DNA of 64,000 bases, taken from the NCBI GenBank assembly GCA_036398215.1, contig DASWHK010000258.1:12700-76699 (forward strand), read 5' to 3'. The translations under genes and the position numbers were made by a program. The notes below the pieces were generated by a model that was not told where the DNA came from, did not search any database, and saw only the letters and a program-made list of their open reading frames with translations. Below, in pieces: positions 10,937 through 20,138 of the stretch (within the stretch, counting starts at the first letter, position 1; each line of letters opens with the position of its first letter). The stretch is from Acidobacteriota bacterium. Its GTDB lineage: Bacteria > Acidobacteriota > UBA890.

Positions 10937-11940
10937 CGGCGGATCTCCTCCACCAGCGTGACCCCGGCGTGTTCGCGGACGCTGTCTTTTACGGCGGCGA
11001 TCAGCGCCTCGACGTCGGCGCTGCTGGCGTCGCCGTGGTTGATCAGGAAGTTGCCGTGAAGCTGCGAGATCTCGGCGTCGCCGACCCGCATTCCCTTGCA
11101 CCCGGCGCGGTCGATGAGCAGCCCGGCGGCGCTGTCCGGCGCGGGGTTCTTGAAGATGCAGCCGGCGTTGCGGGCCCCCACGGGCTGGCTCTCGCGCTTG
11201 CGCCGCTGCAGCTGCTCGCAACGGCTGGCCAGCTCCGCCGGCTCCTCGGGGCGGAGCTCGACCTCGACGGCGACGATGACCGCGCCGATCCCGGCGTCCT
11301 CGGGCAGCTCCAGACGCCGGTAGCTCCACCGCAGCCTGGCCGCCGGCAGCGACCGCCAGGAGCCGTCGGCCGCCACCAGATCGAGGCGGCTGACAACCCC
11401 TGCCATCGCGCCGCCCCAGCAGCCGGCGTTGCCGGCGGCGGCACCGCCGATGGTCCCCGGCAACCCGGTCGACCACACCAGCCCGCCGAGCCCCTCGCGG
11501 CAGGCGAGCCGCAGCGCCTGGGCGGTCGGCAACCCGGCCGGCAGCAGACCGCGCGGCGCCTGCAGCTGGATGCCGTCGGTGAGGCGGGTGATGTTGAGCA
11601 CCGGCTCGCCGACGCCGGCGTCGGCCACCAGCACGTTGGTGCCGCCGCCGAGCACCCGCCAGGGCAGGGCGCGTCCGGCACACCACTCGAGCAGCGCCCC
11701 CACCGCCTGCGGGTGGCGCGGCCAGAGCATCAGCGGCGCCGGACCGCCGACCCCCATCGAGGTATGGCGGGAGAGCGGCTCCTGACGACGGACCATGGCG
11801 CCCTGCGCAACGCTCAGCGCCTCGAGGTCGGCGAGCGCGGCGGCGCTCCAGGCGACCGGGGCGTCGCCGGAGTGGCGGGCGGCGGCCGCGTCGCTCATCG
11901 GGCTCTCGTGGGGCGAGCTCCGCCGGTTCCTGGCGCCCAT
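10930..11940 (-). CDS. murB: UDP-N-acetylenolpyruvoylglucosamine reductase MurB
   Basis: FAD-binding and MurB C-terminal motifs (GGGTNVLV...GNFLINHG); start may be the ATG 14 codons downstream (MSDAAAAR). Confidence 0.85.
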   Translation of the reverse strand: MGARNRRSSPHESPMSDAAAARHSGDAPVAWSAAALADLEALSVAQGAMVRRQEPLSRHTSMGVGGPAPLMLWPRHPQAVGALLEWCAGRALPWRVLGGGTNVLVADAGVGEPVLNITRLTDGIQLQAPRGLLPAGLPTAQALRLACREGLGGLVWSTGLPGTIGGAAAGNAGCWGGAMAGVVSRLDLVAADGSWRSLPAARLRWSYRRLELPEDAGIGAVIVAVEVELRPEEPAELASRCEQLQRRKRESQPVGARNAGCIFKNPAPDSAAGLLIDRAGCKGMRVGDAEISQLHGNFLINHGDASSADVEALIAAVKDSVREHAGVTLVEEIRRW

Positions 11941-11944
11941 CGGG

Positions 11945-13366
11945 TCATCCGCCGTTGCCGGCGACGTTGCTGCCGGTGTCGTTGGCGCGCTCCGGGGAGG
12001 CCTCCAGACGGGCGGCCAGGTCGCGAGCGACCTTCCAGACGTCGCCGGCGCCGAGCGTCAGGACGACGTCGCCCGGACGAACGATCTCGAGCATCGCCTC
12101 GACGGCGGCCTCCAGGCTGTCGACATTGGTGACCCGCTTATGGCCGTGCTCGATGATCGAGGTGGCCAGCTCGCCGCTGCTGACCCCCGGGATCGGCGCC
12201 TCGCCGGCGGCATAGATCGGCAGCACGAAGACGGCGTCGGCCTGGTAGAAGGCGCGGCCGAACTCTTCCTTCAGCAGCTGCGAGCGGGAGTAGCGGTGGG
12301 GCTGGAAGCAGACGATCGTGCGCCGCCCCCAGGCGTCTTTGGCGGCGCCCAGGACGGCGCGGATCTCGGTGGGATGGTGGCCGTAGTCGTCGATGATCAG
12401 CACGTCGCCCCGGTCGGCGATCCGCTGCATCCGCCGGTCGGCGCCGCCGAACTCCTCGAGCGCCGCGGCAGTGGTCGCGAACGGGATATCGAGCTCGCGG
12501 GCGACGGCGATGGCGGCAAGCGCGTTGAGCGCGTTGTGGCGGCCGTGCAGGCGCAGCTTCACCTCGCCGGCGAGCTGGTCGCCGATGAAGCAGGCGAACG
12601 ACGTCCCCTCGGCCTGCACGACGACGTCGGCGGCGCGGACGTCGGCCTGCGAGCTGAAGCCGTAGGTGATCAGCTTGCGGCTCACCTTCGGGATCGTCTC
12701 CTGGATGGTCGCATCGTCGAGACAGACGATGCTGGCCCCGTAGAACGGCACGCTGTTGAGAAAGGTGACGAACGCGGCGCACAGCTCCTGGAAGTCGCGA
12801 TAGTGGTCGAGGTGCTCGGCATCGATGTTGGTGACGATCGCGAAGGTCGGCGTCAGGCGCAGGAACGAGCCGTCGGACTCGTCGGCCTCGGCGACGAGAA
12901 AGTCGCCGTGCCCGAGGCGGGCGTTGGTCCCCCAGGCCTGCAGCCGCCCGCCGATCACCACCGTCGGATCGAGCTCGGCGTGCTCCAGGACGGTGCCGAG
13001 GATCGACGTCGTCGTCGTCTTGCCGTGGGAGCCCGCCACCGCGATGCCGTGCTTCATCCGCATCAGCTCGGCGAGCATCTCGGCGCGCGGGATCACCGGG
13101 ATGCCGTTGTGGACGGCCTCCATCACCTCCGGATTGTCGGGCTTGATGGCCGAGGAGATCACCACCACGTGGGCCCCCGCGACCTGGCCGGCGCTGTGGC
13201 CCAGATAGATCGTGCCGCCGAGCTGCTCGAGGCGGCGGGTGATCGGCGAGGCGCGCAGGTCCGATCCCGACACCTCGTAGCCGAGGTTGAGCAGCAGCTC
13301 GGCGATGCCGCTCATGCCGATGCCGCCGATGCCGACGAAGTGGAGATGACGAATTCGCTTCAGCAT
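11945..13366 (-). CDS. murC: UDP-N-acetylmuramate--L-alanine ligase MurC
   Basis: HFVGIGGIGMSGIAELL...AGSHGKTTTTS Mur ligase motifs. Confidence 0.9.
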   Translation of the reverse strand: MLKRIRHLHFVGIGGIGMSGIAELLLNLGYEVSGSDLRASPITRRLEQLGGTIYLGHSAGQVAGAHVVVISSAIKPDNPEVMEAVHNGIPVIPRAEMLAELMRMKHGIAVAGSHGKTTTTSILGTVLEHAELDPTVVIGGRLQAWGTNARLGHGDFLVAEADESDGSFLRLTPTFAIVTNIDAEHLDHYRDFQELCAAFVTFLNSVPFYGASIVCLDDATIQETIPKVSRKLITYGFSSQADVRAADVVVQAEGTSFACFIGDQLAGEVKLRLHGRHNALNALAAIAVARELDIPFATTAAALEEFGGADRRMQRIADRGDVLIIDDYGHHPTEIRAVLGAAKDAWGRRTIVCFQPHRYSRSQLLKEEFGRAFYQADAVFVLPIYAAGEAPIPGVSSGELATSIIEHGHKRVTNVDSLEAAVEAMLEIVRPGDVVLTLGAGDVWKVARDLAARLEASPERANDTGSNVAGNGG

Positions 13367-13373
13367 GCCTGCC

Positions 13374-14465
13374 TCAAGAGTGTTGGGAGATGTTCAACAG
13401 GACCCCGATCGCGGCGCAGGTGGTGACCAGCGACGAGCCTCCATAGCTGATCAGCGGCAGCGGGATGCCGGTGGTCGGCACCAGGTTCACCACCACGCTC
13501 ATGTTCAGCAGCGCCTGCATGACCAGGCCGGCGGTCAGGCCGATGCCCAGATAGAACCCGAACTTGTCGGGGGCCGCCGCAGAGGCCCGCAAGCCGCGCC
13601 AGAGGATCACCAGGAACCCGAGCACCACGAAGATGGCCCCGAGAAGGCCGAGCTCCTCGCCGATCACCGCGTAGATGAAGTCGGTGTGGGGCTCGGGCAG
13701 GAACGACAGCTTTTGCCTGCCCTCGGCCAGGCCGAGCCCGGTGACCCCGCCGGTGCCGACGGCGATCAAGGACTGGACGGTCTGGAAGCCGACGTCGAGC
13801 GGATCGCCCCAGGGATTGACGAACGCCAGGATGCGGCGGGTCTGGTAGCCGGTCATCATGACCTGGGCTGCGGCCGCCGCCAGCGCCAGGGTGCCGAGGC
13901 CGATGATGTAGCGCCAGGCCAGGCCGGCGACGCACAGCATGATCGCCGCGACCGTCACGATCGCGGCGGCGGTACCGAGGTCCGGCTCGCGGAGGATCAG
14001 CAGCGCGAAGACGCCGATCACCGCCAGGGCCGGGAAGAGGCCCTTCCACCAGTCGTTGATGTCCTCGTCCTTGCGGGCCAGGTAGCTGGCCAGGAAGAGC
14101 ACGATCGACAGCTTGGCGATCTCCGCCGGTTGCAGCCGCAAGGGCCCGACTACCAACCAGCGGCTGGCGCCGGTGCCCGAGCCGGCGACCAGCACCAGCA
14201 CCAGCAGCCCCAGCGTCCCGGCCACCGCCAAGACCACGATCGGGCGGCCCTTGTAGACGCGGTAATCGATGCGCAGCGCCAGGACCATGGCGGCGACGCC
14301 GATGATCGCGGCGAACGCCTGGCGGAGCAGGAAATGGGTACCGCTGCCCCAGATCTGCTGCGACAGGTGGTACGAAGACGAGTACACCATCAGCAGACCG
14401 AGGCTGATCATCGCCACCGTGGTGGCGAACAGCGGCTTGTCGATGGCGAGCCAGCGGCTTGCCAT
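13374..14465 (-). CDS. ftsW: Lipid II flippase / SEDS peptidoglycan glycosyltransferase FtsW
   Basis: 363 aa, polytopic, SEDS-family motifs; lies directly between murD and murC with no murG in between. Confidence 0.85.
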   Translation of the reverse strand: MASRWLAIDKPLFATTVAMISLGLLMVYSSSYHLSQQIWGSGTHFLLRQAFAAIIGVAAMVLALRIDYRVYKGRPIVVLAVAGTLGLLVLVLVAGSGTGASRWLVVGPLRLQPAEIAKLSIVLFLASYLARKDEDINDWWKGLFPALAVIGVFALLILREPDLGTAAAIVTVAAIMLCVAGLAWRYIIGLGTLALAAAAAQVMMTGYQTRRILAFVNPWGDPLDVGFQTVQSLIAVGTGGVTGLGLAEGRQKLSFLPEPHTDFIYAVIGEELGLLGAIFVVLGFLVILWRGLRASAAAPDKFGFYLGIGLTAGLVMQALLNMSVVVNLVPTTGIPLPLISYGGSSLVTTCAAIGVLLNISQHS

Positions 14466-14467
14466 GG

Positions 14468-15907
14468 CTAATCCTCCATCGATTGCGGGGCCGTTGGGTC
14501 GGCGTCGGTGGCGGCGGTCACCAGGGCCTTGAAGTGGCGGCCGCGCTCCTCGAAGTCAGCGTACTGATCGAATGACGTGCAGGCGGGGGCCAGCAGCAGC
14601 GTGTCGCCGGGGGCCGCGGCGCCCAGCGCGGCGCTGACCGCCCGCTCGAGCGTGCCGCAGCGCTGCGGCTCGCAGGTGTCGCCGAGCGCCGCGGCGATCG
14701 GCTCGGCGGCCTCGCCGATGAGCAGCACCCGCCGCACGCGGCCCGGGAGCAACGGCCGCAGGCGGGAGAAGTCGGCGCCCTTGTCGCGCCCCCCGAGGAT
14801 CAACCAGACGCCGCTCTCGAAGCCCGAGAGCGCCGCCAGGGTGGCGTCGACGTTGGTGGCCTTCGAATCGTTGATGCAACGGACTCCGCCGGGCGCGCCG
14901 CACTCCTCCATCCGGTGCTCGAGCGGCCGGTAGCCGGCCAGCCCGGCGGCGATCGCTGCGGCGGGGACGCCGTGGAGGGCGGCGAGGGCGGCGGCGGCGC
15001 AGGCGTTGGCCTGGTTGTGGGGGCCGATGACGGCGAGGTCGGCGAGCTCCGCGAGCGCCTGGCGCGGCCCGTCGGCGGGCCACCACCAGATCGTTTGCTC
15101 GCCCACCCAGGCGGCCGGCGGCGCCGGCTCGGCGGGACGATACGAGAACGGCAGCAGGCGGACGGGGCCGGCGGGCCGCCGCCGCCGCAGCCCCTCGTCG
15201 TCGTGGTTGAACACCAGCCAGTCGTCGGCGGTCATGTTGCGGGCCAGCCGTAGCTTGGCGGCGGCGTAGCGATCCAGCGAGCCGTGCCAGTCGAGGTGGT
15301 CGGGCTGCAGGTTGAGGACCGCCGCCAGCCGCGGATGGAAGCGGTCGATCGCATCGGCCTGAAACGAGGAGATCTCCACGACGTAGGCGTCGAACGCGGC
15401 GCCTTCGCCGACCTCGCGGCGCACGGCGGCGCTCAAGGCGGTGCCGATGTTGCCGCACACGGCGGGGCGCTGCCCGGCCGCCTCCAGAATCGCGCCGACC
15501 ATCGAGGTCACTGTGCTCTTGCCGTTGGATCCGGTGATGGCGATGATCGGAACACCGATGAAGGCGGCCGCCAGCTCGATCTCGGCGACGATCTCGACGC
15601 CGGCGTCACGCGCCTGCTCGGCGACGGGCGCGCCGGGCGGGATCCCCGGGGAGAACACCGCGACGTCGGCGCTCTCCCACAGCTCCGGCGGGTGGGCGCC
15701 GGCGCTCACCGCGGCGCCGCGCTCGGCCAGGACGTCGGCGCCGTCGAGCTGCTCGCGCGGGCGCGCGTCGGTGATCGTCACCCGGGCGCCGCAGTCGAGC
15801 AGCAGGTGGGCGGCGGCGAGGCCGCTGCGCCCGGCGCCGACGACCACGACGCGGCGGCCGCTCCAGCGGGCGCAGGCTTCCTCGATCCTGGTGGCGGCGG
15901 CTCTCAT
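14468..15907 (-). CDS. murD: UDP-N-acetylmuramoylalanine--D-glutamate ligase MurD
   Basis: 479 aa from ATG at 15907 (ATGA overlap with the mraY stop); GAGRSG...ITGSNGKSTVTS motifs; the ORF-track 751-aa form is an out-of-frame run through mraY. Confidence 0.85.
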   Translation of the reverse strand: MRAAATRIEEACARWSGRRVVVVGAGRSGLAAAHLLLDCGARVTITDARPREQLDGADVLAERGAAVSAGAHPPELWESADVAVFSPGIPPGAPVAEQARDAGVEIVAEIELAAAFIGVPIIAITGSNGKSTVTSMVGAILEAAGQRPAVCGNIGTALSAAVRREVGEGAAFDAYVVEISSFQADAIDRFHPRLAAVLNLQPDHLDWHGSLDRYAAAKLRLARNMTADDWLVFNHDDEGLRRRRPAGPVRLLPFSYRPAEPAPPAAWVGEQTIWWWPADGPRQALAELADLAVIGPHNQANACAAAALAALHGVPAAAIAAGLAGYRPLEHRMEECGAPGGVRCINDSKATNVDATLAALSGFESGVWLILGGRDKGADFSRLRPLLPGRVRRVLLIGEAAEPIAAALGDTCEPQRCGTLERAVSAALGAAAPGDTLLLAPACTSFDQYADFEERGRHFKALVTAATDADPTAPQSMED

Positions 15908-16989
15908 CGCAGCTTGAGCGTGGCGAGGGAGAGAAGGGCGAACATGACCGCCAGGATCCAGAAGCGCACCACGACCTTCGACTCCGGCCAGCCGCTCATC
16001 TCGAAGTGGTGGTGAAGCGGCGCCATTCGGAACGGGCGTCGCCCGGTGAGCCGGAAGGAGCCGACCTGGATGATCACCGAGAGGCACTCGACGACGAACA
16101 GGCCGCCGACGAAAAACAGGTTCAGCTCCTGCTTGATGAGCAGCGCCACCGTGCCCACGGCGCCGCCCAGCGCCAGCGAGCCGGTGTCGCCCATGAACAC
16201 CTCGGCGGGATGGCAGTTGAACCACAGGAAGCCGAGGCAGGCGCCGGCGATGGCGCCGACGAAGACCGTGACCTCGCCGGCGTGAGGCACGTACAGGACG
16301 TTCAGATACTCGGCGATGATGATGTTGCCGGCCAGGTAGGCGAAGATCGTGTAGGTGCCGGAGGCGACCAGCATCGAGCCGGTCGCCAGCCCGTCGAGGC
16401 CGTCGGTCAGGTTCACCGCGTTGGATGCGGCGACCAGCACCAGGATGGCGAACGGCAGGTACCAGGCGCCCAGGAACGGCGACAGCTCCTTGAAGAACGG
16501 GAACTGCAGCTGGGTGGTGAACGAGCCCTGCGCCGACATCCACATCAGGGTGCCGCCGACCGCCGCCGCGATGCCGATCTCGCCGAGGAACTTGGCGCGC
16601 ACCGAGAGGCCGCGGCGCCGCGGGTGCACGACGTGGAGGTAGTCGTCGGCGAGGCCGAGGCCTGCGAAGGCGACGGTCGAGCCGAGCGCCACCCACACCA
16701 GGTGGTTGAAGGGGTCCATCCACAGCAGCGTGCTGATCACCACCGCGCCGACGATCAGCAGGCCGCCGATCGTCGGCGTGCCGGCCTTGACGTTGTGGTC
16801 CGGCGGGCCCTCGGAGCGGATCCGCTGGCCGACCTGCCGGTCCTGCAGCCTGCGGATCAGCGAGGGGGCGAAGGCGAGCGTCAACAGCAGGGCGGTGACG
16901 GCGGCGAGCGCCGTGCGGAAGGTGATGTAGCGGAAGACGTTGAACGGCGACCAGACGTCGGCGAGCTCGAACAGCAGCCGGTACAGCAT
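15904..16989 (-). CDS. mraY: Phospho-N-acetylmuramoyl-pentapeptide transferase MraY
   Basis: 361 aa polytopic protein, MraY motifs (NAVNLTDGLDGLA, HHHFE). Confidence 0.9.
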   Translation of the reverse strand: MLYRLLFELADVWSPFNVFRYITFRTALAAVTALLLTLAFAPSLIRRLQDRQVGQRIRSEGPPDHNVKAGTPTIGGLLIVGAVVISTLLWMDPFNHLVWVALGSTVAFAGLGLADDYLHVVHPRRRGLSVRAKFLGEIGIAAAVGGTLMWMSAQGSFTTQLQFPFFKELSPFLGAWYLPFAILVLVAASNAVNLTDGLDGLATGSMLVASGTYTIFAYLAGNIIIAEYLNVLYVPHAGEVTVFVGAIAGACLGFLWFNCHPAEVFMGDTGSLALGGAVGTVALLIKQELNLFFVGGLFVVECLSVIIQVGSFRLTGRRPFRMAPLHHHFEMSGWPESKVVVRFWILAVMFALLSLATLKLR

Positions 16990-16990
16990 C

Positions 16991-18421
16991 TCAGCGCTCC
17001 CTCACGCCGTCGGTGACCTCGGCGGCGGCGACTACCGCCTCGACCACGCGTTCCATCCGCACGCCGCGCGAGCCCTTGACGAGCACGGCGTCGCCGTCGG
17101 CGAGCAGCGGGGCGAGCCAGGCGCCGGCCGCGCCGGCGTCTTCGAAACAGTGGATCTGCTCGCCGCGCATGCCCGCCTGGGCGGCGCCCGCGGCGACGTG
17201 CCCGGCCTGGGCGCCGACGGCGAGCAGCAGATCGACCCCGGCCGCGGCTGCCTGGGCGCCGGCTTCGCGGTGCACGGCCTCGGTCCACGCGCCCATCTCG
17301 AGCATGTCGCCGAGCACGGCGATGCGGCGGCCCGACGCCGGCAGCGTTGCCAGGTTGTCGAGCGCCCCGGCGACAGCCTGCGGGCTGGCGTTGTAGCTCT
17401 CGTCGACGAGCCTGACGCCGCCGAGCTTGCGCAGGGCGCCGCGGTTGGCGAGAGGCTGCAGCTCGCCGGCCGTCGCGGCAATCACGTCGACGGGGACCCC
17501 GAGCGCCCAGGCGGCGGTGGCCGCGGCGAGGAAGTTGGCGATGCCGGCGGCGCCCGGCAGCTGCAGGCGGACGGCGACGCGCTCGCCGCCGGGGAGGCGG
17601 AGGTCGAAGCGGGACCCCTCGCCGCCGGTTGTGACGCCGGTGGCGCGCACGTCGGCCCCCTCGCCGCGCCCGAAGGTGAGCACGCGGCCGACGCGCGGCG
17701 CGAAGCGCGCCGCCATCGCCGCGGTCCGCGGATCGTCGGCGCCGGCGATCAGCGTCGCTCCGGCGCCGATCTGCTCGGCGAGCTCGGCCTTGGCGGCGGC
17801 GACGGCGTCGAGGTCGGTGAAGTTCTCCATGTGAACCGGTGCAACGTTGGTGATGATGGCGATGTCGGGGGCGGCGAGGCGGGCCAGGGCGCGGATCTCG
17901 CCGGCGTGGCTCATCGCCAGCTCGGCGACCATCACCTCGTGCCCGGGCCCCAGGCCGAGCAGCGACAGCGGCAGCCCCCAGTGGTTGTTGAGGTTGCCCG
18001 GCGTGGCGTGGACCCGATAGCGGGTGCGCAGGAGGGCGGTGGCGAGCTCCTTGGTGGTGGTCTTACCGAGGCTGCCGGTGATCGCCACCACTGTGGGATC
18101 GAGGTGGCGCCGCAGCCAGCCGGCGAGCTGCTGCAGGGCGGCCGTCGTATCGGCGACCTGGAGGACCGCAGGATGCCCGCAGCCGGCCGCCGGCACGGTC
18201 ACGGGTGGGGCGCTGACGACCAGCATCGTCGCCCCGGCGGCGGCCGCTGCAGGGACGAACTCATGGCCGTCCTTGCGGTCGCCGCGGATCGCGAAGAAGC
18301 AGGCGCCGGCGGCCGTACGGCGGGAGTCGATGCTCACCGACGTGGCGGTGGTCGAAGGCGCGCCGGAGAGGATGCTGGCGCCCGTGACCTCGACGATGGC
18401 GTTCGCCGTCAGCGGGATCAT
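16991..18421 (-). CDS. murF: UDP-N-acetylmuramoyl-tripeptide--D-alanyl-D-alanine ligase MurF
   Basis: Start MIPLTANAIVE (codon arithmetic gives 18421, an ATGA overlap with the murE stop); ITGSLGKTTTKE P-loop. Confidence 0.85.
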   Translation of the reverse strand: MIPLTANAIVEVTGASILSGAPSTTATSVSIDSRRTAAGACFFAIRGDRKDGHEFVPAAAAAGATMLVVSAPPVTVPAAGCGHPAVLQVADTTAALQQLAGWLRRHLDPTVVAITGSLGKTTTKELATALLRTRYRVHATPGNLNNHWGLPLSLLGLGPGHEVMVAELAMSHAGEIRALARLAAPDIAIITNVAPVHMENFTDLDAVAAAKAELAEQIGAGATLIAGADDPRTAAMAARFAPRVGRVLTFGRGEGADVRATGVTTGGEGSRFDLRLPGGERVAVRLQLPGAAGIANFLAAATAAWALGVPVDVIAATAGELQPLANRGALRKLGGVRLVDESYNASPQAVAGALDNLATLPASGRRIAVLGDMLEMGAWTEAVHREAGAQAAAAGVDLLLAVGAQAGHVAAGAAQAGMRGEQIHCFEDAGAAGAWLAPLLADGDAVLVKGSRGVRMERVVEAVVAAAEVTDGVRER

Positions 18422-20079
18422 GAGGCGCCTGCCGAGCTGTCGTGGCCGATCGGGACGTCGAAGCGGGCGCGCAGCCAGCTGCCGGCGACCTCGGCGTCGT
18501 CGAACGGCACGACCCGGTCGGCGAAGACCTGCTCGCGCTCGTGGCCCTTGCCGGCGATCAGCACGCAATCGCCGGGGCGGGCCCGTTGCAACGCGTTTTC
18601 GACCGCCTCGCGGCGGTCCACGAAGCGCTCCACCTGGGCGCTCGTCGTCTCCGGGATACCCGCGGCGATCTCGTCGATGATCGCCTCCGGGTCCTCGCTG
18701 CGCGGGTTGTCGGAGGTGATCATCACCTGGTCTGCCGCCAGCGCCGCGATCCGCCCCATCTGCGGCCGCTTGCCGGTGTCGCGGTCGCCGCCGCAGCCGA
18801 ACACCACGATCACCCGGTGGGCGCCGGCCAGCGAGCGGGAGGCGGCCAGCGCCGCCTGCAAGGCGTCCGGGGTGTGGGCATAGTCGACCAGGACCGCGAA
18901 CGGCTGGCCGTGCATGAGGCGCTGGAAACGGCCGGGGGCGCCGCGAAACGCGGCGATCGGGGCGCTGATCTCGTCGGGCTCGAGGCCGAGCTCGATGCCC
19001 ACGGCCAGCGCCGCGGCGAGGTTCTCGGCGTTGGCGGGGCCAAACAGCGGGCTCTCGACGCGGAGCTCGTCGCCGCCGGGGGTCTCGAGCCGCAGGATGC
19101 TATTGCTGCCGCCGCGGTTGCCCCAGCCGAGGATCCGGTAGATCGGCACGTCGAGCTCGGGGGCGGGCTCCGGGAGCACGACCTTGGTGCGGCTGCTGGC
19201 CGCGGAGTCGACGCGATGGATCAACGCGCGCAACTGGCTGGTGGAGAGCGGGCGGTCCTTCCAGCCGTAGCCGACGACTCGGGCGGGGGTTCGCGCCGCG
19301 AGCCGCGCCGACCCCGGATCATCGACGTTCAGGACGGCGACGGCGCCGCCGCCGAGGCGGTCGAAGAGCATGGCCTTGGCCTCGAGGTAATCGTTCAGGT
19401 CGGCGTGGAAGTCGAGGTGATCACCGCTCAGGTTGGTGAACACGGCGGCGTCGAAATCGATGCAATCGGCGCGCTGGAGGGTGAGCGCGTGGGAGGAAAC
19501 CTCGAGGGCGGCGGCCCAGCAGCCGGCGTCTACCATCTGCCACAGCGCCCGCTGCAGGTCGGGGGCCTCGGGGGTGGTGCGGTGGGCAGGGCGGGAGACG
19601 CCGGCGATGCTCGCCGCCGTCGTGCTCCAGCGGCCGGCCGGGCCGCGGGCGGCGAGCAGCGTCTCGACGAGCGAAGTCACCGTGGTCTTGCCGTTGGTGC
19701 CGGTGACCCCGACGACCGTCAGCTCGCGGGAGGGATGGGCGTAGAAGGTCGCCGCCATCGGGGCGAGCGCGGCACGGGCGTCCGCGACACGCGCCCAGGC
19801 GCGGGGCAGGGCAGGGAGGCCGGCCTTTTCGAGGTCGGCCTCGGTGACCACGGCCACGGCGCCGGCCTCGATGGCGTCCGGCACGAACCTCAGGCCGTCG
19901 TGGACAAAGCCGGGGACGGCGACGAAGACGTCGCCAGCCTCCACTTTTCTCGAATCGTACGCGATCCCGGTGACGGCGGTTTCGGCGTCGCCGTACACGC
20001 TGGCCTCCAGCGAGGACAGCAGGGTCGCGAGGGCGAACCTCGTCGGCATGGCCTCCCCTGGCTGTTCTGGCTCAACCAA
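18418..20079 (-). CDS. murE: UDP-N-acetylmuramoyl-L-alanyl-D-glutamate--2,6-diaminopimelate ligase MurE
   Basis: VTGTNGKTTVTS...DNPRSEDP motifs; the start could instead be the MPTRF ATG 10 codons downstream. Confidence 0.85.
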   Translation of the reverse strand: MVEPEQPGEAMPTRFALATLLSSLEASVYGDAETAVTGIAYDSRKVEAGDVFVAVPGFVHDGLRFVPDAIEAGAVAVVTEADLEKAGLPALPRAWARVADARAALAPMAATFYAHPSRELTVVGVTGTNGKTTVTSLVETLLAARGPAGRWSTTAASIAGVSRPAHRTTPEAPDLQRALWQMVDAGCWAAALEVSSHALTLQRADCIDFDAAVFTNLSGDHLDFHADLNDYLEAKAMLFDRLGGGAVAVLNVDDPGSARLAARTPARVVGYGWKDRPLSTSQLRALIHRVDSAASSRTKVVLPEPAPELDVPIYRILGWGNRGGSNSILRLETPGGDELRVESPLFGPANAENLAAALAVGIELGLEPDEISAPIAAFRGAPGRFQRLMHGQPFAVLVDYAHTPDALQAALAASRSLAGAHRVIVVFGCGGDRDTGKRPQMGRIAALAADQVMITSDNPRSEDPEAIIDEIAAGIPETTSAQVERFVDRREAVENALQRARPGDCVLIAGKGHEREQVFADRVVPFDDAEVAGSWLRARFDVPIGHDSSAGAS

Positions 20080-20138
20080 CGCCCGTCACCCCTGACGGGC
20101 GAAAAAATCCGGCGGCCCGAATCGGGACGCCTGGCCCG

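Noticed and set aside
20092-20125. Weak hairpin plus T6 (minus strand) between ftsI and murE as an internal attenuator
   Set aside because: Stem is only 4-5 bp with a 1-3-nt loop; ftsI and murE are otherwise tightly packed and co-transcribed in all known dcw clusters; low confidence.
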